Shown here one piece after another: positions 39,304 through 53,009 of a stretch of DNA of 64,000 nucleotides. The notes under the pieces are model-generated. The model did no database searches. It was not told the origin of the DNA and saw nothing but the letters and a program-made list of their open reading frames with translations. A program made the translations under genes and the position numbers. This DNA comes from Octopus sinensis (lineage: Eukaryota). The stretch's first letter is position 1; each line of letters starts with the position of its first letter. The stretch spans positions 92,628,001 to 92,692,000 of the forward strand of contig NC_043006.1 in assembly GCF_006345805.1 (NCBI RefSeq), given 5' to 3'.

Positions 39304-40606
39304 ATGTGTGGTCATTTTGGTGATGTACTACCAAAATATTTCTGGAATCCTCTGTAATTAGGTTATTTAGAAGTATTTCAGGTGTTGTAACGGGGATGGG
39401 GATAATCTCATTAAGTGAGGAAGCTCGGTGAGCATATGTAAGCCTTTGCTTATTTAAAGCTATTGTTTCTCCTTCGTGAAATGTCTCTTTCCATATCGTA
39501 GCATTCGACTGTTATATCTTTATAAATTTATGAAGTGTCTAATGTAATTTCGCCAGACATTGCTTTATAATCCAAGATTAAATAACTACGTGTTATTCTA
39601 GAGGAAGAATACATGAATTGAATCAATAATTGTCACTATTGAGGAACCGATTCGTTTCTGTATGTGGTAGTGCAGTGTCAGAAGAGCGTGATATGTGAAA
39701 TTGGCGCATATCATTTCTTAAGTTTTTGCGACAATCATTCAGGATAGAATGGAACATAAAATAGAAAACAAAATATCTCGAAATTGTTTAATTCCTACAA
39801 ACCTGTAAGCTATATACTGTTCTACCGTTTGCCATTATATTTAAAAATTAAGAGGGAGAAAGAGAGATGGAGAGAGAGAGAGAGAGAGAGAGACTAGAAA
39901 AGACGGAGGGAAATTGTAAGTGAGAAAGGAAATGGGTGATAGGTGATCTATTTTGTAATATTGAAAATCATTAAAATTTTTCGTATTTCAACTATTCGAA
40001 AATTCACGTGTATATATTCATATGTGCGTGTGCTTGTTTGGTCACATAAATATACACACATACATTCGTGCATCTGTATATAGATACACACACACACACA
40101 CAAAGACAGAGAAAAAGAGAGAAATGGACTGATAGAGATAGATATATGTCATGTAACACAATCATTTTCATTTATTACGCATAAATATCTATATAAATAC
40201 CGATATACAATTTTATTTCGCTTCAATTGATTATATAGCCATAAATATCTCGCTATCTAATTCTGTGTATCACTGTATGTGTGAAAATGCCTACAGATAT
40301 ATGCGCCTGCGTGAACGCTCATGGTTGTGTCTAGTAGAATAGAAATAATGACGTAATTCTTTAAATGTTGATAATAAAGAACTTCTATGGCTATATATCT
40401 AATGGAATATTCAGTCACATGACATGCAATCTTCCCGTCTACAGCCGGTATATTATCTATTGCTGTCGGTATCCATTTTGGCTTATCATTTGTTAAACTA
40501 TAACGCATGATAATGGAAACAGCGAAAACGATCATTTCGCTTATATCCACATATATAGACATATACGTACATACATGCATATATACATATATACATAAAT
40601 ACATAT

Positions 40607-40665
<59 letters not shown>

Positions 40666-40996
40666 TTATATATATATATGCATGCAAAGGCATATATTTA
40701 TGTAGATATGTGTGCGTGTGTGCATGCATGTGTGTGTGTATGTATAGAGATACATGTGTGAGTGTATGAGATTTATGCGAAAATCCATAGGAATTGTTAC
40801 CATATTATATATTTCTATCAAAATGACAATTCAGATTCGAATATTCGCATTGTGCTGGAGTTAGTTTTGATAAAAATACGATAAAATCAACGCAAGTTCA
40901 TACGATCTAAATCTAGATTATATCATGAAAGTGTTGCAGTCTTCAGCACACACAAACGCATACATTTATACACACAGTACATACACACACTACATA

Positions 40997-41042
<46 letters not shown>

Positions 41043-41420
41043 TAGATAGATAGATACATACATACATACATACATACATACATACACACACGTATACATA
41101 CAAAGATGTGTTCGCGTGTGCATGTGCATGAACAATTCGTTTAATTATATGAAGTGGCATTACAGTTCTATATATATGTTTCGGAGTCAGCTTAGACAAT
41201 GCGTTTCAAATATGGCACTGGAAGTATTATATCTCGCTTTCCATAATTTCGAGGAAACGTTCTTCCGCTATCATATTTAAGTTTGATTTGATCAAATCAC
41301 CACACTTATAGAACCATCCCACTTTTTAATGGCTTTAATGCAGCCTCCCCCTCCCCCTCCTCACAATATTATTGCTCTATTATTGCTCTCCTCTGAATCG
41401 CTGTGATGCAGAGACTCACC

Positions 41421-41493
<73 letters not shown>

Positions 41494-41535
41494 ACGTATG
41501 TATATATGTATGCATTTGTATACGTATATCTAATA

Positions 41536-42539
41536 TCTTTTATTTGTTTCAGTCTTCAGACTGCGGCCATACTGGGGTAACGTCTTAAAAAAGAAATTTT
41601 AGTCAAGCGAATCGCCCCAGCGCTTTTGTAAGCCTGGTACTTAATCTATCGGTCTCTTTCGCCGAACTGCTACGTTTCTAGGACGTAAATGTACCAACAC
41701 TGGTTACTTTGTGTAGATGAGAGAGACACACAGACACGAAAACACACACACACACAAACACACACAGAAATATACATACTCATACATACAAACACCCCCC
41801 TAATACTTTCTTTCCTCTTTTCCTCTTTTCCTTCTCTCCCCCTCTCACATTTCTGGGCTTTCTCTTTCATTAATCTCCCTACTTTTCCTCCTCGTTTATC
41901 TCCCTTGTACATTTCTCTCTGTCCTTTTGATTTCCTCTTTCTCTTTCTTCCCTTAATTCTTCAATCCCTCTGCCCCCTCCCTATCTCCCTTCGCTCCACG
42001 TGATCGATGTTCTGCATGGTCTGTCTTTCTTGGCTCGACTGCCGTCAGCGAATCATCTCTTATATTCCCTGTCTCACCACTTTCATCTTTTACGATCATC
42101 TCCTTTGTTCCTGCCTCAAGGCTTTCACTCTAAACACGCCAGCTCAACTTGATTCGTCTTTATAGGTCGAAAGACACTTGTTATTTTCTCGTTTGCATTT
42201 GTAGTTGTGTAACACTGTCTCTGTTTGTTTTTGTCTCTATAGCCGTACACAAATGCTTGCTTTCTCCCCCAACATTTAACGCTCTTAGCTTAGATTTTTG
42301 GAGTCAGCCACATTTAAACAGTCTCAAGTGTAACGGGCTGAAACTGTAAGGATGATCTGGAAACCTCACTGATGAGAGAAGGCTGCGTATGACCCGTCGT
42401 TGTTTTTCAGTCCATCGTTTTTCTTAGTTGTTTTTCTGTCCATTTTTGTATGGTCAATCTGTCCGGATGTTTTATTGTCGTCTGTTGCCTTTTTTGTCCC
42501 AGATTTAGGATTTGTATCTCTATCTATATATTATACACA

Positions 42540-42631
<92 letters not shown>

Positions 42632-42890
42632 CATACATACGTATATATATATATCATACATAAATACACATATATATATATACACGCACACATTCACACA
42701 TATTTATACACGAACTTCTTTCAATAAATACTAAATAAAACTTTCAATAAAAATTAAATAAACTCACAAGGCATTGGCCGTCCCGTGACTATAGGAGGGG
42801 ACAGTTACCCACGGTGTCATGCAGTGGAACTGAACACGGAATCCTGTGATTTGGAAGCAAACTTCATACTACAGATTCACAACAGGCCTA
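41536..42890 (-). mobile_element. SINE family A (degenerate) split by an insertion in its central microsatellite
   Basis: Tail at about 41536-41765 and head at about 42762-42890, both on the minus strand. Confidence 0.75.
41800..42525 (+). mobile_element. Non-coding element related to the 37.9-39.0 kb element
   Basis: Shares cacgtga, gtcg(a/t)aagacacttgtt, acgct..agcttag, ctcaag, GAAA..gatgatc.gg and CTGA(T/A)GA blocks in the same order as the minus strand of 37934-38695. Confidence 0.7.
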
Positions 42891-42947
42891 TATGTGTATA
42901 TATCAAAAACATATTTATGTATGTATTTATGCCTGTATTATTCTTTA

Positions 42948-44076
42948 TTCATTTCTACTTTTGGCACAAGGTCCGAAATTTTGGGGGATGGGGCCAGTCT
43001 ATTATACGAACCCAGTACGCAACTGGTACTTGATTTATCGAGCTGAAAGGATGAAAGCAAAGTCGACCTCGGCGGAATTTGAACTCAGAACGTAAAGATA
43101 TACGAAATACCTATTTCTTTACTACCCACAAGTGGCTAAACACAGAGAGGACAGACAAGGACAGTCAAACGGAGTAAGTCAATTATATCGACCCTAGTGC
43201 GTAACTGGTACTTATTTAATCGAACCCGAAAGGATGAAAGCAAAGTCGACCTCGGCGGAATTTGAACTCAGAACGTAAAGATATACGAAATACCTATTTC
43301 TTTACTACCCACAAGTGGCTAAACACAGAGAGGACAGACAAAGACAGTCAAACGGAGTAAGTCAATTATATCGACCCTAGTGCGTAACTGGTACTTATTT
43401 AATCGAACCCGAAAGGATGAAAGCAAAGTCGACCTCGGCGGAATTTGAACTCAGAACGTAAAGATATACGAAATACCTATTTTTTTACTACCCACAAGTG
43501 GCTAAACACAGAGAGGACAGACAAAGACAGTCAAACGGAGTAAGTCAATTATATCGACCCTAGTGCGTAACTGGTACTTATTTAATCGAACCCGAAAGGA
43601 TGAAAGCAAATTCGACCTCGGCGGAATTTGAACTCAGAACGTAAAGATATACGAAATACCTATTTCTTTACTACCCACAAGTGGCTAAACACAGAGAGGA
43701 CAGACAAGGACAGTCAAACGGAGTAAGTCAATTATATCGACCCTAGTGCGTAACTGGTACTTATTTAATCGAACCCGAAAGGATGAAAGCAAAGTCGACC
43801 TCGGCGGAATTTGAACTCAGAACGTAAAGATATACGAAATACTTATTTCTTTACTACCCACAAGTGGCTAAACACAGAGAGGACAGACAAGGACAGTCAA
43901 ACGGAGTAAGTCAATTATATCGACCCTAGTGCGTAACTGGTACTTATTTAATCGAACCCGAAAGGATGAAAGGCAAAGTCGAGCTAGGCGGAATTTGAAC
44001 TCAGAACGTAACGGCAGACGAAATACAGCTACGCATTTCGCCCGGCGTGCTAACGTTTTTTCCAGCTCGACGCCTT
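42948..44076 (-). mobile_element. SINE family B with internal tandem amplification
   Basis: A normal head at 44076 and a normal tail at 42948 enclose the 183-bp array. Confidence 0.92.
43045..43959. repeat. Tandem array of 5 x 183 bp
   Basis: GAAAGGATGAAAG recurs at 43045, 43228, 43411, 43594, 43777 and 43960. Confidence 0.97.
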
Positions 44077-44954
44077 TGTATTATTCTTTATTAACGTACT
44101 TATCTGTACGTGTGTATTTCTGTGTATGCATCACAGATTGCCATTGTCGTTTCCAATGCAGCTGAGCATGGTTAGTGTGTCCGATGCATTGTTAGTGTCC
44201 AACTGCTTATTGACACTTGTTGCCTCTTGCTTGACCTGATCTCGAAACAGGAACCACGAGTGGAAATGATTTTATTATTGTTACTCATTCAAGTAGGACT
44301 TCTTCGACGCTTTCCCGTCCGGCCATGCGGATGTAACATGGTATTTTAACATGAGATGAATTTGCCATCGAATCCCTGAGAAATACAGACATGAAGTTGT
44401 ATTGTGTTGATATTGCTGTATTAAATATTTTAATGGAGTGACTGAAGGGCGTTATTAAATGTTTTAAAAATATTAAAATACTATCTCTCTCTCTCTCTCT
44501 ATTACTCTCTCTTTCTTCCGTTGCAGAAATATATCAACAAACATGAAAGAACTTATTTATTCCCAGGGAGAATTAGAAGCATAGAAGCAAGATTGGTGAA
44601 GTGGGCTCTCGCATCCCAATCCACTGCATTCGTTTTCATTTGGTCCGGTCTCAGATACAACAGACTTGATTATGTCACATTCAATATATGAGATATGAAT
44701 TTACCTCTAACCTTCCACTAAGTGACATTTGATGGTTGCCATTTTGCAGGGATCTATAACTCTATTTGTAAATAAGCGAGAGTCAGATTTATACCGAAAC
44801 TATTTCATTATCTCTCACTCAACCAAATATCGGCTGATAAAAATTTATTTCTTGCATGTTCGTAAACCTTTGCTCCTCTCCCACGATGATAATTTTGCAT
44901 CCTTTAATAGTATACCTCTTTCAAATGAGTGGTCGTGTTTTAGGAATACTCGGT

Positions 44955-45152
44955 AATCTTACTACTGCTGGTGCCATGGATTAAAGACCCATCAGACACT
45001 GTGAAGTGGTTGAAATAAAGAAGAGCATGAAACAGCATAAACCATGCTCAGCAAACGTCTGAGCTCGGTTCAGCGTTCTAGCTGGTCGGTGTCTGACCAA
45101 CCACTCACCATACGCCAACATGGAATATGGACGTTAAATGATGATGATGATG
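44955..45152 (+). mobile_element. SINE 3' part with an RTE-like tail
   Basis: Ends ..gccaacatggaatatggacgttaaa(tga)n, resembling RTE-mobilised SINE tails. Confidence 0.6.
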
Positions 45153-46109
45153 AAGAGCGGGGAGTCTCCACCTAAAACGTATTGCTTATACTGAAACAGT
45201 ATCTACTTAACGGCTACCATTCTGGGCTCATAATTACGTTTATTTGCTGCTTGCCCTTCTAAGCCCCTTATGTAATTTACAAGTTTTTCTCCAGCTGCTG
45301 GCAAGAGATTTCTTTAAGTTACCCGTGTTTAGGATCTCTCTAATATTTAAGTCTACGACTAGAATGTTCCTATATGGCATTATATCCGTCTCAGATCATA
45401 GGAATGTTTGTCACTACATATTTCCGACTGTACCGCTGCAGCTGCCCCCCAAATTCCGCAATATACACATTAAGAAATCTACAAACTGACAATTCTCTAA
45501 GAATGCTCAACCATACGCAGAGTGAATATCATTAGGCAATGGCATATTTTATAATTCGAATCACGAATGTTTTATTTTACACAATTTGTGATTTAAAGTG
45601 AAATAATTAAATTGGGTATTTGATGCAATGTTAAGATAATATTGTCGAATTTAACAATGTATTAATTTGCTTTGTATCAAAAGCGATCTTCAAAGCTGAA
45701 GCTATTTGCGAATAATGACTCTTACGTTGGAATTAATATAAGACATAAGCTATCGGAAAAGCATTGATGATCACGACCTTCAAAAAGTAATGCTCATTTT
45801 ATATATGTATGTGTGTGTATATATATACACATACATACACACACACATATACATATACACGCATACACATACACACATATATATATATGCATACACACAT
45901 ATACATACACACACACATATATATATATATACGGGAGAGAGGGGGAGATATATATATATATATTCAATCTATTTCACAAACTGTATGTGCGGCTGTGTAT
46001 TGAGTGTTGAATTATATATATATGTATATACATATGTGTGTGTGTGTATAAATATGTACATATTTATATATACATATATATATAAACATATGGTCATACA
46101 TCTATATAT

Positions 46110-46335
46110 ATAGTAAATCCCCCAAAAGAAGATGAACAAACATAAAAAAAGGTACAACGCGAGGACGTGGTACATGTAAAGCATTAGTAGACGCTCAAGG
46201 AAGGAAAGAAAACTGGTTTAACGTTTCAAGCAAAGCACTTATTTAGAAACAGAGGAAGATCAATAGAAAATGAAGACGGAGGGAAAAATCACTAACGTTT
46301 CACATGTGGTTACATTTTGAAATGACCGGAAGGAA
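46110..46335 (-). mobile_element. Solo pLTR of the Neptune-type family, hammerhead decayed
   Basis: Aligns with 23397-23640 (atgaacaa..aacgcgaggacgtgg..gacgctca.ggaaggaaag..ggtttaacgtttc). Confidence 0.75.
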
Positions 46336-46341
46336 TATATT

Positions 46342-46382
<41 letters not shown>

Positions 46383-47824
46383 GATTTTTAACTGTGTAAG
46401 AAGAGAGATTTAGCATGTATTCACATAATTTTAAAGTTCCGTAGCAAAAGGTTTTAATTCTGTAGTGTAATATTCTGTCACTATTTCTGAAAACCAGACT
46501 TTTGAAAACTTTATTCACCTGATGTATTATTCTATACAAAATCACAAAAATTCGTGAGTTTATATAAACTCACACACAAGTATGAATTTGTATAAGTATA
46601 TACATAACTACATGTATACATACATACGTATATATGTATGTGTTTGTGTATGTGCGCATGCGTCTGTGTGTGTATTCATATTTTCTGCGTGCTTTACAAA
46701 GTTTCTTTACAGGTATCGGCTAGCATATGCTATCTTGTATATATATATATATATAATTCAATACAGATATATGTGTGCGCCTTGCATAGTCTTTGCTGTA
46801 CTCATAAGAAACGTTTTATTATAAAAGAATGATGCAAACAAGTTTTGGAATACAGGCATTTTATCAGATAATTATTTGATTGCGGCGTTCTTGTGAAAGA
46901 TCTACATTCCATAAATTGGTCAAGGCACTCTTGAATTACTATATTTAAGTGAGTTCTTTATTCTGTTCATTTCTTATTCTCGTGATTGTCCCCTTGCGAT
47001 ATATTCCAATTATTTTCAAATGCACAAAATAACTGAAGATTACCTATTTTCTGCGACAATGAATTTATTCAATTGGAAATTTTAAAATTCTTGGAATAAG
47101 CAATTCCTTCTGCTTTCTCTGAGATTGTGTTGAAAAAAAAAAGCTTTGTCAGTATTTGCGCAACAGATCCGGTGCCATTCTTAGATTCATGCGTCAAACA
47201 ATCTTTAAACTGTAATATTTATTTACTTTATTCAAGTATGCTAGTACTACATATATGTTTGATATTCATCATGTACATTTTAATATCCTAGCATTGCCAT
47301 TAATTCAATCCCGTATGTGTACGATGAATAGATTTATTCGTACAAATCGACGCCAGTACATAGTTTCTCAAGTCTGCTACTTTATCGCTCACTTTTGCCG
47401 AACTACTTAGTTAGGCGGGTGAAAAGTGCAGACACAAGGATACATGTACATAAATATATGCATACCCAACGGTCTTCCACACGTTTCCGCCAACCAAATT
47501 CACTCAAAATCATTGGTTGGCCCAGAGCTATAGTAGAATACACTTTACCAAGGTGTCATGCTGTGTAGCTGAGCCTGAATCCATGCGGTTGTAAAGCGAG
47601 CTTATTAACCACAAAACCATCAATTCATTTTTTTAATGGTTTTTATTCATAAAATTTTGGTTCCGCTTCTTTTTACGTGTATTGTTGTCAGTTTGCAGAA
47701 CGTTTTCCCTTCAAATCATTTTAAGCATCCGTTATGTCCAGTTGCTTAAATTCAAAGGCTTTGAAGAGTTTCTCCAGACACAAAAATGTTTATGCGTGTT
47801 TGGATTGCAATTACTTGTCATATA

Positions 47825-48624
47825 CGAGGTCTGACAATAAGTGTCCGGACTCTTGCTACAGTAACGAAGCTAAAGAACGCATGCTTCGAAATAACGTGCG
47901 TAACGTATGATCGGGGCAATGACCGTGACAGAGAAGGTTGTCATGGTGATACCTGTTCAGAGCTCTACGCAAAGTTGCGGAAAGTTCATGTAGAGGAGTG
48001 TATGGGCCACACACAAGTGTACTAGTGGTTCAGATGATTCCAATGTGGCCGAAAAAATGTCGATATTGACGAACATTCTAGGAGACCCGAAACAAGCAGA
48101 ACTGAGAACAACATCGCAGATGTGCGTGCATCCGTGAGCGGAAATCGTAGAATTACAATCCGTGAGTTATCAGAGGATGTGCAGATTAGTTACGATTCAG
48201 TTGAGTCCATTATCACTGAAGATTTGGGTATGAGAGGGTGTCTGCCAAGTTTGAGCCAAAACTTCTTTCACCCGACCAAAAAGACATTCGGGTTTCAGTT
48301 GCACAAAATATCCTTGATTGTGTCGAGAACTATAAAACAATTTTCAAATCTTTGTATAGGCCTTTGAGCAGGCATCGTTAAGCTTTTGGCAAGAATTGAC
48401 GCAGATTCTGTCCTTAGCTTCATCTGGACTGGACAATGTGTCGAACACACGCTACACACGTTATTTCCAAGTACTGCTATAAACAGAGGAAGTGAGCTAG
48501 AACGTTAAAACTTTGTGCGCATGCACTGCAGAGTTCAAGGTCAATCTATGCCAAACAGCGTCTCTCTGCGTGCTTTAGCTTTCTCACTATGGCAACAGTC
48601 CAGATACTTATTGATTAGACTATG
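47825..48624 (+). mobile_element. Non-autonomous mariner derivative
   Basis: TA flanks both ends, with imperfect TIRs of about 56 bp (cgaggtctgacaataagtgtccggact..gctaaagaacgc). An HTH remnant reads MGHTQVY*WFR..RPETSRTENNIADVR..NRRITIRELSEDVQISYDSVESIITEDLGM..SAKFEPKLL. No DDD domain is present. Confidence 0.88.
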
Positions 48625-49005
48625 TATTTTCCAAAAATTACGTTTTGCTGTTCTCTAGAATTCCTCGTTTCTTACTCTGATTAAGCTTCAATTCACACAT
48701 TAATTATTGCTTTGTTTTATCAAAATATTTCATGTGTATTAAAAATTAATACTTAAATAGGATTAGATTCGTAAAAATATTATTTTCAAAGTACAAAATA
48801 CATATAAACAATGTAAACTTTTCACACACATGAAAATATAATGGAAGTTTAGATAACGGGAGAAGTAAGAATATTCAAGCAAGTAAAAAAAAACAAAAAG
48901 CAGTAAGTATATAACTCGGTATGTGGAAATGTCAGGCCGAAAATTAAGATGAGCGTTCCGTCCTTATAACTCACTGTTACTCTCCCTCTCGCCAATCTCT
49001 CTCCC

Positions 49006-49043
<38 letters not shown>

Positions 49044-49311
49044 ATCCGATCTATTTCTCTTATACTTTTGTTCACATCCTATTTCTATATTGAAATATAT
49101 CTTGATAATTACAATTCTGACAGTTTCCAATTGATAATTTTCAGTCGACATATCGACTTTCAACTACCATTATGTAAAGAAGACTGCCAAATTCACTTTA
49201 TCAGCATATTAGGTTTCTACAGGTAGCATGTATGCTCATATATATGCATACATACGTACATACATATATATATATATATATTATATATATATATATATAT
49301 ATAATATATAT

Positions 49312-49366
<55 letters not shown>

Positions 49367-49739
49367 ACACACACATATATGTGTGTGTGGAAATATATAT
49401 ATATATATACATATAGGTATGTATACACACACATATGTATGTGTGTATATATATACAGAGGTAGAGAGAGAGAGAGGGTGGAGAGAGACAGACAGATAGA
49501 TAAAGTGTGAGAAAGTATAGATTTATTATTCTTATACAGGAATGCTGTTGATAGTGACTTCGACATTTCGGCCAAACCCACATACAAATTCATAAAATTC
49601 CTATTTGTACAAAGGAAAACTGAAAGATCCCTGTCCTTGACTTTTTATCTTTTAATATTGAATTTTATTATAGTTTTGTTCTCATTCGTTTACCCTAATA
49701 TATACACCTTCTATACCAGCCCCACTGCAGCATATCTAG

Positions 49740-50270
49740 AACAGGATTTGAAACAATTTTATCAACAAACACCAAACGAAAACTACTTCCACAAAATAGG
49801 AAGGTTAAAATCCCCTACATACTAATCATCAACTCACAAGAGAAACAACGTCCTATACTAACAAAGCCATAAACTAATAACCCCGACCTTAAACATCGGA
49901 CTTTGTACTTTCATCTTTGCAAATCCAATGACACCAAAACCAACAAAAATACTATCATACCTTGTACTTACCTACCAAAAGAGATTCATCCCCAGGCTTG
50001 TTTGCAAAATTCTACATGCATAAATATATTCCAAATAAGATAACGCTAAATTTAATCAATTAAAATTTTCACAAAACACCTTTCAATAACAATCATCTGC
50101 AAAAAGCTCATACAAACCAAATCACCCCCCCCACACACACACACTCAAGGAAGATTTTTAACTCAACAGAGATGAATAAAGACAAGGCTGTCATGTATCG
50201 CAATCCGGTGAAGGCGCGACTGGCCGGAACTTCGAAATCAATGTCAACAGCATTCTTGTATAAGAATAAC
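49740..50270 (+). mobile_element. Highly decayed Penelope-like 3' end
   Basis: A TIIP..YLPK..MHKYIP-like C-terminal remnant, then a decayed hammerhead CCGGTGA-AGGC..GCC-GGAA-CTTCGAAA-TC at about 50201-50243. Related pieces lie at about 34560-34630 and 54690-54800. Confidence 0.45.
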
Positions 50271-50379
50271 ACACACACACATATATATATAAGGATAAAA
50301 ATCACCTCAATGATTTTTATCAAGTAGTCAGCGCGCTATAAAAAATTATGGGTAATTAATACATTACATTAACAATAAT

Positions 50380-50431
50380 GTACATATGTATACAATTATA
50401 TCTTGGGAGATATAATTGTATACATATGTAC
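50380..50431. repeat. Perfect 24-bp inverted repeat with a 4-nt loop
   Basis: GTACATATGTATACAATTATATCT-tggg-AGATATAATTGTATACATATGTAC. Confidence 0.97.
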
Positions 50432-50567
50432 CCCTCTCCACCGTGCTTGAAGTGCCGATATCTTCAAAAAAATAACTACTAAGAACTCCAGCTAAAATGT
50501 ACACAGGACATTTTAATTTTCTTTCACTATCCCCCTTTGTGTGTATGTGTATATATGTATATATATA

Positions 50568-50601
<34 letters not shown>

Positions 50602-50743
50602 TGGTAAAAATGCTAAGATAACAAAAGAAAGAAAGAAAGAGACCTCAATATTATGTAAATAGAGGAATTTATCTGTAAATGTAATATGTGACAATTATTC
50701 GGTAGCCAAGATAAAGCGGAAATCCACACCACCATCTCTACAG

Positions 50744-50818
<75 letters not shown>

Positions 50819-51278
50819 GCATAGTAAATGTTTATAGAATGCTACAAGACACGATGTAATGCTGTGGATCTGATATAAATCCTCTTCGTACACTTCTTGC
50901 CGCATAAACACAAAATGCATTGGAACTAGACTGCCGTTTATGATTTTATTGAGGCTTGTCAATATCCGGCACTCTTTTGCCTCCTGTTTAAACAACATTC
51001 CTGCTTAGATATTTGGAAACCAGTCACTGCACCGACAATGATCTTGCTCTGATATATACATACTGTGATGTTATCATAACTTGTCTATCAATCGATTTTA
51101 TCTCAAAAAATTCCAGTATTATTTATTCTAACGGTATGGATATATTTTGTATGACGCAGATTTGAAATTTTATTTAATGCTGTTTCGGTAACCTATATCA
51201 TGTTTTCGTACAACACGGCAAGCTTCCTCAATCTGAATAAATTGTTTATTGTATTTACCTCTGTCTCTCTTTCTCTAC

Positions 51279-51410
<132 letters not shown>

Positions 51411-51589
51411 TGTGGTAATTTTGTCTGGGGTAATGTTGCATGCGTGAAAATCGAACCGGTGAGTGTGTTAATAAGGCATTAAAACAGAATGACTCTCCCC
51501 GGACACAATAAAGAATCTTGCAAAGCAAATACAAAAACGAAATATATGTGGAATTAATAAAACCAGCTGTTTTGCAACGTTATACCGTA

Positions 51590-51965
51590 AAGGAAAATTA
51601 GTCGTCAACTAAACTTGACTAAGGGTGTGAATAATGCCTATATCGCTAGAAATAGGAGCGAAAATACTCCATTGTTGATGCAAGGTACATAACGTATACT
51701 TAAACAGGGGTTGCAATCGGCCAAAATACCGAACCGAGAATTCCTTAGACTGACCAGCCAGTTCCGGCCTTACTGAAGATAGCTACGGAAAGAGCCGAAA
51801 CTGGCCGGTCAGTCTAAGGAATTCTCGGTTCGGTGGTCGGAACGATTGCAGTCCATATCTGAGTATATTTTATGTGCTTTGAAATATTTTAGCTCCTATT
51901 TCTACCAATGTAGTTGATATTCACACCCTTAGTCAAGTTTAGTTGGTGACTATAATTTTCCTTAC
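51590..51965. mobile_element. About 375-bp palindrome centred on a hammerhead motif (inverted pLTR pair)
   Basis: Inner arms 51728-51768 and 51794-51834 match 39/41, while outer arms are more diverged. The centre reads CTGAAGA-TAGCTacggaaagAGCC-GAAA-CTGGCCGG-TC-AGTC. Confidence 0.85.
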
Positions 51966-51969
51966 AGTA

Positions 51970-52017
<48 letters not shown>

Positions 52018-52965
52018 AGCATACATACACACAAACCACGAAATACTCAGCACACAAATCATATTTCAGTAACAGAGGTGGTGATATCTTTACGTAGCTT
52101 TTTTAATTCTATTTCTTTTATTTCTGCTTCCTTGTGTTGTCGCTACTTTCGCCTCCATCTTCATGATTCCATGACATTTCCATGACATTTCAGGTCCTCC
52201 TCTATGGAAATAACGTTGCCACTTCATATTATTATTCTTGGAGACTCAGTAAATTTCATGCATGCTGTCTTTACTTCTGTTGAAATTTCAGTTAAAAATA
52301 TACTGAGATTAAAATTATTGTTGTCTTAAAACTTCAGTCGATGTATCTGGAGCGCTATTACCAACAATATTGTTCAACTTTTGTAAATGGTTTTAGTCAC
52401 AAGTAAGTTTGAAACAAGGGGAGCACACTTATCAAACCCCGACAATATCTCGTCTATATTAGTAAGTACATTACCGAGTGAATGATTATTTGAAATCGCT
52501 TACACTTCATTTCGCTGCTATTTCTAGCAGAGCGAGCAACCGTTAAGAGGTTCTCTCGTTCAGTCGATCAATTAATCCGTTACCTACATTACCTACATTT
52601 GTTACCTACATTCAAATGCATAAAAATGAACTGTTATATATATATATATAAAGCATAAGACTCTACAATGTATTGATATGCTTATTTATTAATTTTTGTA
52701 TATATGTATTATCATTCTTTTGAACCCTTCCTTAATTTAAAATTGTTTTCCCCTTCCAAATCTTGAAAATTTGCCTTGCCATAAAAGCCGGTTTGATTTA
52801 TTATTTTTTTCTTTTTTAATTTTACATACACTCATTTTTATTAACATTTACTTTCAATTTAGCCTTCTGCCTTATTATAATTTTGCCTCTCGTATCATTT
52901 CTCCAACTGCGGTTAATACAACGCCACCAATTATTGACTATATATATATATATATATATATGGAG

Positions 52966-53009
<44 letters not shown>

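Noticed and set aside
39300-39520. Weak Helitron-Rep-like peptide on the minus strand; similarly weak RT/endonuclease traces near 1750-1900, 15960-16500, 45250-45450 and 53190-53400
   Set aside because: Too degenerate to assign without a profile search.
43045-43959. Regularly spaced repeats as a possible CRISPR array
   Set aside because: Whole units are near-identical with no unique spacers, they derive from a SINE, and the context is eukaryotic.
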